Origin: Bacteroidota bacterium
GTDB taxonomy: Bacteria; Bacteroidota; Bacteroidia; Chitinophagales; UBA8649
Assembly (NCBI GenBank): GCA_002862745.1
Contig: PKDX01000021.1
Location: 36,523 to 100,522 of the forward strand
Direction: 5' to 3'
Length of the DNA: 64,000 bases
The translations under genes and the position numbers were made by a program. The stretch's first letter is position 1; each line of letters starts with the position of its first letter. The notes under the pieces are model-generated. The model was not told where the DNA came from. It saw nothing but the letters and a program-made list of their open reading frames with translations, and ran no database searches. Of the stretch, positions 43,209-52,100 are shown piece by piece.

Positions 43209-44090
43209 TTAGCTTCTTGGATGAGCTGCCTTATGACTTGATTTTAAATGCTCAATACTTTGGTGGGTATAAATCTGAGTAGAAGCTAGACTTGCATGCC
43301 CAAGGAGAGACTGAATAGTCTGTATATCCACCCCGCGATTCAACAAATGCGTAGCAATTGAATGCCTTAACACGTGTGGACTTTTACGTTCTGTGGAACT
43401 TATCGCTTTAAGCACTCTATTTACAGCCGTGTAGACTTTTTTTGGATAGAGCGCTTTGCCATTACTTAAGGTAAATACATGATTCGATTCTACTCCATCT
43501 TCCTGCCGCAGCACTTTCAACGAAATGCAGGCTTTCATGATTTCTTTTCGCACAGGTATAATTCTTTCCTTATTACGCTTACCCAAAACTCGTAAAGTCA
43601 ATGCGCGTTGATCCAATCGATCATAGGTTAAGGCAATCAACTCCGCCCGACGCATACCCGTTTCATAAAGCAATACAAAGAGCAAGGCCTCTTGAAAGTC
43701 GGTCCAGTCGTCATATCCCTCCAATCGAGGCATCACAATATCCAACTCCGACTCCTGAACGTAGGATGGCAATCGATGGGGAACCTTTACACTTTGTACA
43801 GCGGAGGCAGGATTGGTAGAAATCATCTCACGCTCTGCTAGATAAGAAAACATCCCTTTAAGCGCAGAAATTTTACGATTAGTCGTCTTAGGCTCCCACC
43901 CATTAGACATGCCATCCAATACAAACCGTCGAATTTGTCTCGTGTTAACATTCCTTACAGCGGGCAGATCATTGTTCTCTACAAATTCTTGAAAATCAAG
44001 TAAATCCCTTTGATAGGCCTTAAGCGTATTTACACTTAACCTTTTCTCATATTTCAAGAAATCTAAATATTGGAGAACTTCTTGTTGCAT
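43209..44090 (-). CDS. tyrosine recombinase, XerC-like
   Basis: 293 aa. N-terminal core-binding domain (LSVNTLKAYQRDL), ETGMRRAEL, HVLRHSIATHLL and LGHASLASTQIYTH catalytic blocks. Confidence 0.85.
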   Translation of the reverse strand: MQQEVLQYLDFLKYEKRLSVNTLKAYQRDLLDFQEFVENNDLPAVRNVNTRQIRRFVLDGMSNGWEPKTTNRKISALKGMFSYLAEREMISTNPASAVQSVKVPHRLPSYVQESELDIVMPRLEGYDDWTDFQEALLFVLLYETGMRRAELIALTYDRLDQRALTLRVLGKRNKERIIPVRKEIMKACISLKVLRQEDGVESNHVFTLSNGKALYPKKVYTAVNRVLKAISSTERKSPHVLRHSIATHLLNRGVDIQTIQSLLGHASLASTQIYTHQSIEHLKSSHKAAHPRS

Positions 44091-44178
44091 TAAAACGAAT
44101 GTAATACCCTTTGAGCAAGAAGAATAGTCCGATTTTTAACAGCTGCGATTCACATGTACAGTAAAGCAAAATATTTCC

Positions 44179-44186
44179 TTACCTTA
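44179..44186 (+). promoter_or_regulatory. TTACCTTA motif 22 nt upstream of the ATG (shared TTAYCTTA element, copy 1)
   Basis: Same 8-mer, with one pyrimidine change, and same spacing as upstream of the next two genes. Confidence 0.3.
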
Positions 44187-44208
44187 GACCTTAGCTCAAT
44201 TGCAAAAT

Positions 44209-45765
44209 ATGTCGATGCGATTTAAACTTTTGTTTGGAACAGTTTCCTTCTTATCTCTAATTGTTACTCAGTGTATTGGGCAATTCTATGTGAACGGAGC
44301 TGATGTTATTGTGACTGCGAATGGCACAATGAGCGTAATTACAGACTCTGTTATTGTAGACAATGTCGGCAATCTTGAAAATGATGGTTTACTCTATGTC
44401 CAAAGAGATTTAGTTATCGAAAGTGGTGCTTTTAATAACCGTGAAGAGGCTGATATTGACAATACGGTAATCAATCAAGATAACCTCACCGCTGATGCTG
44501 ATCCGACAACTATCTTTCGCGTTGGCCAGGATTGGGAAAACAATGGAGCCTTTACGGCAGGCAATAGCACCGTAGAACTTAAAGGAGGGGATCAAGAAAT
44601 CCGTGGCACATCAATTAGTGCATTTTACGACCTAATATGCCTTGGTTCTTTCCCTGACATCAAAAGCCTCAATGCCATTGATGCCGATGTAACCAATTCC
44701 TTGGACCTTGGCAATATCGAATTTGCCACAAATGCTCAAAATTTAAATGTAACGAATCCAGATTTCCTTGCCATCCAACGCACCGATGGCTATGTAAGTA
44801 GTTTGGATGTAGGTAGACTGAATCGAGCGACGAATTCAACTAACACCTACCTCTTTCCAACTGGATCTTCAGCTGGAGCCATACGATATCGCCCGATCGA
44901 GTTCACCCCAGATGGCAATGATAACCGGGTATACGGAGCGCGTCTTGCCAATGTCGATGCCACGACGGAAGGATTTGACGTGAGTCTATATGACGATATA
45001 TTATGCGCAGTTAATCCTCAATATTACCACAGACTATATGGTACTGCCCCAGCAAATCTCAAGATGTTTTACAATCCTTTAGACGATGGGTCATGGGATG
45101 CCATGGCACATTGGGAAGGTGCACCCCTTTGGACTGACATGGGCAACCCAACGGAAATCAACGGTGTACCCTTTGTTTCCCTTGAAGTTACGAATTGGAA
45201 TAATTACACTGACCCTGCCTTTGCTCTTGCTATTCGTCAACCTCAACTTGAAGTTGGCCCTGACATCTACATCGAGCCAGGAAATTTCACAAATATTCCC
45301 GGAGCCTATTCAGGTCAAGCTCCTGCGGATATCGTTTGGGACCCCCCTTTTGATTTGAGTTGTGATGATTGCTTCGATCCAACTGCCACCCCGTTAACGA
45401 CAACGTTCTATACTCTTGCGGTAACACTCAATGACTATTGCGCTATTTCTGATAGCCTGACAATTTATGTTCTTGATGAGTTAGTCTATCTGCCTACAGC
45501 ATTTTCACCTAATGGAGATGGTAACAATGATGGATTCAGACCCATTGTTGTGGATGACAACATAGATTTCGACACTTGGGAATTTTCAATTTATAATCGT
45601 TGGGGAGAATTAGTATTTAAAACCAATGATGTGAATGAAGCTTGGGATGGAACATACAATGGAGAGAAGTCCCCACTATCAGTATATACTTGGTACACAA
45701 CCTATCGCTACGCTGACCAACAAGAAATTAAAAATCAAAAAGGAAACGTTACCCTAGTTCGGTAA
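44209..45765 (+). CDS. secreted protein with T9SS type B (gliding motility-associated, CHU_C-like) C-terminal sorting domain
   Basis: Start set to ATG 44209 (MSMRFKLLFGTVSFLSLIVTQCIG signal peptide). C-terminal LPTAFSPNGDGNNDGFRP...NRWGELVF...WDGTYNG motif. Confidence 0.8.
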   Translation: MSMRFKLLFGTVSFLSLIVTQCIGQFYVNGADVIVTANGTMSVITDSVIVDNVGNLENDGLLYVQRDLVIESGAFNNREEADIDNTVINQDNLTADADPTTIFRVGQDWENNGAFTAGNSTVELKGGDQEIRGTSISAFYDLICLGSFPDIKSLNAIDADVTNSLDLGNIEFATNAQNLNVTNPDFLAIQRTDGYVSSLDVGRLNRATNSTNTYLFPTGSSAGAIRYRPIEFTPDGNDNRVYGARLANVDATTEGFDVSLYDDILCAVNPQYYHRLYGTAPANLKMFYNPLDDGSWDAMAHWEGAPLWTDMGNPTEINGVPFVSLEVTNWNNYTDPAFALAIRQPQLEVGPDIYIEPGNFTNIPGAYSGQAPADIVWDPPFDLSCDDCFDPTATPLTTTFYTLAVTLNDYCAISDSLTIYVLDELVYLPTAFSPNGDGNNDGFRPIVVDDNIDFDTWEFSIYNRWGELVFKTNDVNEAWDGTYNGEKSPLSVYTWYTTYRYADQQEIKNQKGNVTLVR

Positions 45766-45881
45766 ATCCATTCATTTCCGTACTCGAATGTATGACTTCG
45801 AGTGCATTAGTTTCATATTCTGAGCAGTCCGCTATCTGAGGTGCGTAAGTCACTTCCTACTTTCACGCACAACCACAGCAT

Positions 45882-45889
45882 TTATCTTA
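45882..45889 (+). promoter_or_regulatory. TTATCTTA motif 24 nt upstream of the ATG (copy 2)
   Basis: See copy 1. Confidence 0.3.
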
Positions 45890-45913
45890 TTTTGGAAAGA
45901 TAACGGTAGAATT

Positions 45914-48900
45914 ATGCGTAATCGATATTTGATTTTCATTTTTAATCTTATAACCCTAAGCCTTCATGCCCAAAATAATGTAGGTGTAGGTACGCTCACG
46001 CCCAACGCTAATGCTGCATTGGATGTAGAAGCCAATGATAAAGGAATTCTGATTCCTAGATTAGATGCCGCGCAACGGGCGGCAATGACAGGATCATTAA
46101 CGGCTACTGAACGTGGATTACTGGTTTTTGACCCTACCGATATTCTTTTTTACTATTGGGATGGAATCACTTGGATAAGCTTTCCTTCTACAGGTGCAAG
46201 CGATGCCGATTGGTATGACATAATCACCAATGATGTTACCCCAGATATCAGCGCCGACATCTATACCTTAGGCAATGTAGGTATTGGGAACTCCTCTCCT
46301 GTATCCTCGCTGCAAGTAACTGGTGTTACGACTTCTGACAACTACGACATCATAGACTCAGATGGTGGATATGTTCGTGCAATGCAAGGAGGAACAACTG
46401 GAATTCCGGCCCCAAACTTTCATTTTCATCTTTTACCAGACTACAATGCCCAAGCCGGAGCCACAGAGATAAAAATGCATTATGGGTTTAACAGTGATGT
46501 GAATGATCATTCATTCTATTCCAAAAATTCAGGGACCAACGTGGAAATTTTCAGAATCAATGATAATGGAAACACTTTTCTACTAGGCGATTTTCGCCCC
46601 AATGACTTGCCAGGGGCCGCCGGACAAGTTCTTCAAAGTCAAGGCGCTAATGCAAGCCCAATCTGGATTGATTTACCTGACAACAGCCCAACCAACGAGT
46701 TGCTAGTATCTGCCATACTAAACGGTACGAATCTCGAACTGACCGATGCTGGAGGAACCCTTTCAGTCGACCTAAGCTCCTTAACAAGCAGTGCCGGGAC
46801 GGACGACCAAAACCTTACAGCCGCTACCCTTACAGGAACTACACTCCAAATTGATATTGAAAATGGAGGCTCCGTTAATGTTGATCTAGCATCGATTGCC
46901 GGCCTTGATGGTGCAGACGGTGCTGATGGCGCGGTTGGTCCCGCTGGTCCGCAAGGTCCTGCCGGCGCTGACGGTGCTGATGGCGCGGTTGGTCCCGCTG
47001 GTCCGCAAGGTCCTGCCGGCGCTGACGGTGCTGATGGCGCGGTTGGTCCCGCTGGTCCGCAAGGTCCTGCCGGTGCTGATGGCGCTGATGGCGCGGTTGG
47101 TCCCGCTGGCCCGCAAGGTCCTGCCGGTGCTGACGGTACTGATGGCGCGGTTGGTCCCGCGGGTCCGCAAGGTCCTGCCGGTGCAGACGGTGCTGATGGC
47201 GCGGTTGGTCCCGCTGGTCCGCAAGGTCCTGCCGGTGCTGACGGCGCGGTTGGTCCCGCTGGTCCGCAAGGTCCTGCCGGTGCAGACGGTACTGATGGTG
47301 CGGTTGGTCCCGCTGGTCCACAAGGTCCTGCCGGTGCTGACGGTACTGATGGCGCGGTTGGTCCCGCTGGTCCGCAAGGTCCTGCCGGTGCTGACGGTAA
47401 TGATGGCGCGGTTGGTCCCGCTGGTCCGCAAGGTCCTGCCGGTCCTGATGACCAAAACTTAACGTCAGCTGTTTTAACTGGCTCTTTGCTTACCATCAAT
47501 ATCGAGAATGGAAATTCCACGAGTGTCGATCTATCCGGCCTTACAGGATCTACAACGTCACCATGGACAGATGCAGGTGCATGGGTTTATCCAACAAACT
47601 CAACACAACAAGTGGTTACAGGGAATTCTATTCCGTTAACAGGTGCTGCGCTACATGCTTACAACCTAAGTCAAAATCACGCTAATGGTCTTTTCGTTGA
47701 CCACGACTACAATGGAAACAATAATAATTTTGGACTACAAGTTGTCGCGGATCCTGTAACATCCTCCGGATTGTCTTACGGGATGCGAAGTACACTTGTT
47801 AAAGCCAATGCTGAATTGGTTGGGATATTCTCAGGCGTATCTAAACTTGGATCCAGCTCAGAAACTGGGCCGACAAGAGGATTACAAGTAGATGTAGTTA
47901 ATAACTCACCCTTAAATGGAGAAGATACACGAGGCATCATGTCTCAAGTCACCAACTTTTCACCAAATGGAAACGTATATGGTGCCTACCTCAATGCAAT
48001 AAATAATGGCCCAGGGGGGAACATTTATGGCTTATACAGCCAAGTTAGCCCGGGACAGAATAGCGTAGCAGGTCAATTCGAAGGCCAAGTAATCATTCAT
48101 GATAACAATACAACTCCTGCATCTGCTCTACTTACGGTAGAGGACTTCGGAGGTTTGCCCGCTCTATATGTTGAGGACAGTCGTTTTGTAGGGATTTCAA
48201 CTACTACATTGTCTCCTGAAGCGAACTTGACCATTGGTGCATTAGGCGCTTTAGAAGGTGGTCATTTAGTGTTAAATGGAGGAAGCAACCATGCCAATAG
48301 TGCCTTCCATATCGATAACTTTGAAGGAAGAATGCGCGTGCTCTATGGCGTCAATAACACGATTTCTACCAATGAAATTATCAATATCAAAGGACCTAAC
48401 GCGAATTCTGTAGCTCAAATAGGCATTGGACCAATCGGCGGAAACCTCTGGCCTGATGAATCAGGTTTGATTATTGGAGCGACTGACCAAAGTATTCCGG
48501 GTGATGAAGGTGGACAAATACAACTCAATGCTGCGGCGAGTGCGCTCTACAACGTAGCATGGTTTATCGACAACTTCCAAAATGAATTCCGCATCATGCA
48601 TGGTAATGATATTACGGGTTCTGTGGGAGGCGTTGCGATGGTAGTGAATAACGGTGGCAACTTAACCGTTGCTAACCAAGGGTTTAAGCCCGGAGGCGGC
48701 ATGTGGGCGACAACCTCTGATGTACGATTAAAGACCAATATCAATAACTTTAAGGGCGGTCTCGACGAAGTGTTACAAATCAGACCTGTGACCTATCAAT
48801 ACAATGAAACATCCGGTTTTCAGCAAGAAGTTTTGGATAAAACGTACCATGGTATTATAGCCCAAGAAATGCAAGAAATTGCTCCCTATATGGTGGGAGA

Positions 48901-49030
48901 TTTTGAGATAGATGGTACCACATACCTCAATTACGATGGGAATGCCTTGATTTACATGCTCGTTAATGCAATACAAGAACAGCAGTTACAAATAGAACAA
49001 CTGGAAGAACGCCTGGAAAAACTCAAATAA
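45914..49030 (+). CDS. collagen-like, tail-fibre-domain protein with C-terminal intramolecular chaperone (endosialidase/peptidase S74-like) domain
   Basis: Signal peptide MRNRYLIFIFNLITLSLHAQ and 61 uninterrupted Gly-X-Y triplets. The C-terminus SDVRLKTNI...IRPVTYQYNE...YHGIIAQEMQEIAPYMV...coiled coil matches the S74 chaperone signature. Confidence 0.85.
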   Translation: MRNRYLIFIFNLITLSLHAQNNVGVGTLTPNANAALDVEANDKGILIPRLDAAQRAAMTGSLTATERGLLVFDPTDILFYYWDGITWISFPSTGASDADWYDIITNDVTPDISADIYTLGNVGIGNSSPVSSLQVTGVTTSDNYDIIDSDGGYVRAMQGGTTGIPAPNFHFHLLPDYNAQAGATEIKMHYGFNSDVNDHSFYSKNSGTNVEIFRINDNGNTFLLGDFRPNDLPGAAGQVLQSQGANASPIWIDLPDNSPTNELLVSAILNGTNLELTDAGGTLSVDLSSLTSSAGTDDQNLTAATLTGTTLQIDIENGGSVNVDLASIAGLDGADGADGAVGPAGPQGPAGADGADGAVGPAGPQGPAGADGADGAVGPAGPQGPAGADGADGAVGPAGPQGPAGADGTDGAVGPAGPQGPAGADGADGAVGPAGPQGPAGADGAVGPAGPQGPAGADGTDGAVGPAGPQGPAGADGTDGAVGPAGPQGPAGADGNDGAVGPAGPQGPAGPDDQNLTSAVLTGSLLTINIENGNSTSVDLSGLTGSTTSPWTDAGAWVYPTNSTQQVVTGNSIPLTGAALHAYNLSQNHANGLFVDHDYNGNNNNFGLQVVADPVTSSGLSYGMRSTLVKANAELVGIFSGVSKLGSSSETGPTRGLQVDVVNNSPLNGEDTRGIMSQVTNFSPNGNVYGAYLNAINNGPGGNIYGLYSQVSPGQNSVAGQFEGQVIIHDNNTTPASALLTVEDFGGLPALYVEDSRFVGISTTTLSPEANLTIGALGALEGGHLVLNGGSNHANSAFHIDNFEGRMRVLYGVNNTISTNEIINIKGPNANSVAQIGIGPIGGNLWPDESGLIIGATDQSIPGDEGGQIQLNAAASALYNVAWFIDNFQNEFRIMHGNDITGSVGGVAMVVNNGGNLTVANQGFKPGGGMWATTSDVRLKTNINNFKGGLDEVLQIRPVTYQYNETSGFQQEVLDKTYHGIIAQEMQEIAPYMVGDFEIDGTTYLNYDGNALIYMLVNAIQEQQLQIEQLEERLEKLK
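46910..47440 (+). repeat. tandem array of nine 54-bp units and one 45-bp unit, encoding GADG(A/T/N)DGAVGPAGPQGPA
   Basis: Unit boundaries at 46910, 46964, 47018, 47072, 47126, 47180, 47234 (45 bp), 47279, 47333 and 47387. Units differ by only a few nucleotides. The array is visibly GC-rich relative to its flanks. Confidence 0.95.
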
Positions 49031-49125
49031 ACGGTTCACAGTCAGATAATTATGATTTTTTTTGGACAACTAATCATGTGGTCTATGAGCAACGCAATCT
49101 GAATTGTTAATCTCACATCTTCGCC

Positions 49126-49133
49126 TTATCTTA
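49126..49133 (+). promoter_or_regulatory. TTATCTTA motif 22 nt upstream of the ATG (copy 3)
   Basis: See copy 1. Confidence 0.3.
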
Positions 49134-49155
49134 GAAGACTGAAATTTTCACAACT

Positions 49156-52100
49156 ATGCGTTCACTTTATCTAATCCTTGTAGTATTAGTTTGTTCAACA
49201 GTCACCTTGTTCGCTCAGGACAATGTGGGTATAGGAACACTTACACCTAATCCAAATGCTGCCCTCGATGTTGAGAGCAACGACAAAGGACTTCTTATTC
49301 CAAGACTTGACCCTGCGCAACGCGCAGCAATACAACTTGGTCTTGGAGCTGCCGAAACAGGACTCCTCGTTTTCGACCCGGTCGATGAGTTGTTCTACTA
49401 TTGGGATAATACACAAGCGGTTTGGGTACCGTTTTCGGATGACCAAAACATTGATTCAGTAGTTCTCAATGCAGATACTACACTCACGGTCTACATTGAA
49501 AATGGGGCTTCAGCTACCGTAGATGTGCGACCATTAATCAATGACCCAGATTTCGATCCGACTAATGAGATTCAGGATTTAGCGATGAACGCAACGCTAG
49601 ATAGCCTGTTGATTTCATTGGGAGGTACTGGTGTTGCACTAACTGATCTTGATCGCCAGGATCTTATTTACGATGCAATAGCAGATAGTTTATTGATTAC
49701 GAATGGAGCAGGAATAGCTCTTGACAGTATTGATAATCAAGGAATTGACTCCTTTAGCATTAGTGGAACAGTACTTACAGTCCACATTGAAAATGGCAGC
49801 CCTGCATCGATTGACCTTGCCGGATTGCCCACGATTCAGGACTTAGATTCAGCCATCTTAAACCCAGATTCAACGCTTACTATCTACATTGAGGCCGCCC
49901 TGCCAACAACCGTTGATTTATCTTCTTTATTTGACAATACCGATGCACAAACATTAAGCCTTAATGCCACAGGGACCGAATTATCCATTTCAAATGGGAA
50001 CACGGTCACCCTAGTGGATGCGGATTCTACGAATGAATTACAAGACTTGAGCTTGAACCCCGCTGGAGACTCTTTATTAATATCAAATGGTCAAGGAATT
50101 CTTTTATCTGGAATTGACAATCAAAACATCGACTCCTTTGTTTTAAATGCAGACTCTACACTTACCGTGTTTATTCAAGATGGTAGCTCAGCTACTGTAG
50201 ATGTCAGCTCTCTTTTTGATAATACAGATGATCAAAATATAACATCTGTTATACTCAACGGAGATTCAACGATTACGGTGAACATTGAAAACGGCACGTC
50301 GGCTTCAGTAGACGTAAGTTCTTTGTTTGACAATACCGATGACCAGGATATTACCTCCGTAGTCCTCAATGCGGATTCAACACTTACCGTAAACATTGAA
50401 AATGGCGCATCAGCTACCGTAGACCTGTCTAGTGTGTTTGACAACACAGATAACCAAAACATTGATTCTGTTGTACTCAATGGAACAGTTGCTACCGTAT
50501 TCATCGAAGATGGAAGTTCTGCTTCTGTAGATTTAGCTTCACTTATTGATGACGCTGACGCAGATCCAACCAATGAGTTCCAAAACCTGAGCTTTAATGG
50601 CAGTGGAGACTCTTTACTGATATCAAATGGAACAGGCGTAGAGCTTACAGGAATCGACAATCAAAATATAGATTCAGTAATACTGAATTCTGATTCAACA
50701 ATCACCGTCTTTATCGAAGATGGACTTCCTGCTACGGTAAATGTGGCTAGTCTTTTTGACAATACGGATGCACAAACATTAAGCCTTAACGCTACGGGTA
50801 CTGAGTTATCAATTTCAAATGGCAATACAGTCACATTAGTGGATGCTGACTCTACGAATGAGTTACAGTCACTTCTTGTGGACCGTATCACAGACTCGCT
50901 ATACATCTCAGGATTAAATGGAGATACGCTTATGGGTATTGATCTCAATGATGTTATCACTTGCGTTATCCCTCCACAAAACCTCACCTACGCCATAATG
51001 GATGGAGATACACTCGAAATCGATATTGAAGGCGGTGATAGTGTGCGCGTTGATTTATCTCAATTCTTAGACAACACCGACAATCAAGATATCACATCAG
51101 TTGTACTGAATGCTGATTCTACGATTACCGTGAATATCCAAAATGGAGCTTCTGCTACCGTTGATGTTGCGGCGATCTTTGACAATACAGACGATCAAAA
51201 CCTTGATTCAATCAGTCTAGCAGGCACTGTAGCTACTGTATTTATTGAAGGCGGTGCATCTGCATCAATTGATCTTGCATCCCTTGTAGATGATGCCGAT
51301 GCCGATCCGACCAACGAACTTCAAGACCTGAGCTTTAATGGGGCGGGTGACTCTCTTCTGATATCCAATGGACTAGGTGTCGCGCTATCGGGAATTGACA
51401 ACCAGGACATTACCTCAATTGTCCTCAACGGAGATTCGAGTCTGACCGTAAATATCGAGGATGGTGCTTCGGCTACCGTCGATTTAACAAGTCTTTTTGA
51501 CAATACCGATGATCAAGACATCACCTCAGTTGTACTCAATGCCGACTCAACCATCACCGTGAATATCGAAAATGGGGCTTCCGCTACCGTTGATGTCAGT
51601 TCAGCTTTCGACAATACCGATGACCAAAACATCACCAGTGTTGTACTCAATGCGGACTCAACCATTACCGTTAATATCGAGAATGGAACGTCTGCTACAG
51701 TTGATATTAGTTCAGCTTTTGACAATACGGACGATCAAAACATCACCTCAGTTGTACTTAATGCCGACTCAACCATTACCGTCAATATCGAAAATGGAAC
51801 GTCTGCTACAGTTGACATCAGTTCAGCATTCGACAATACGGATGATCAAAATATCACCTCAGTTGTACTCAATGCGGATTCAACGCTTACCGTAAACATT
51901 GAGAATGGAAGTTCTGCTACGGTAGATCTTACTTCAGCCTTTGATAATACCGATGATCAAAACATTGATTCTGTCGTACTAAATGGCACTGTAGCCACAG
52001 TGTATATTGAAGGAGGAAGCGCTGCGTCTGTTGACCTTGCTTCATTAATTGATGATGCCGATGCGGATGCAACAAACGAGTTAAACACAGGTGTTGTGCT

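Noticed and set aside
43209-44090. Xer-like tyrosine recombinase next to tRNA-Thr, considered as the integrase of an island inserted into the tRNA gene.
   Set aside because: I found no duplicated tRNA 3' end or direct repeat by eye. A recombinase at this position is, to my recollection, a conserved feature of Bacteroidota tuf loci. It is kept only as a low-weight possibility in the synteny finding.
46639-47520. Four long overlapping ORFs across the collagen array (46639..47520 -, 46875..47321 -, 46886..47455 -, 46896..47462 +) encoding low-complexity P/A/G-, R/Q/H- or L/V/R-rich repeats.
   Set aside because: They are shadow frames of a GC-rich 54-bp repeat that happens to lack stop codons. 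Only the Gly-X-Y frame is continuous with flanking non-repetitive coding sequence, a signal peptide and a recognisable C-terminal domain.
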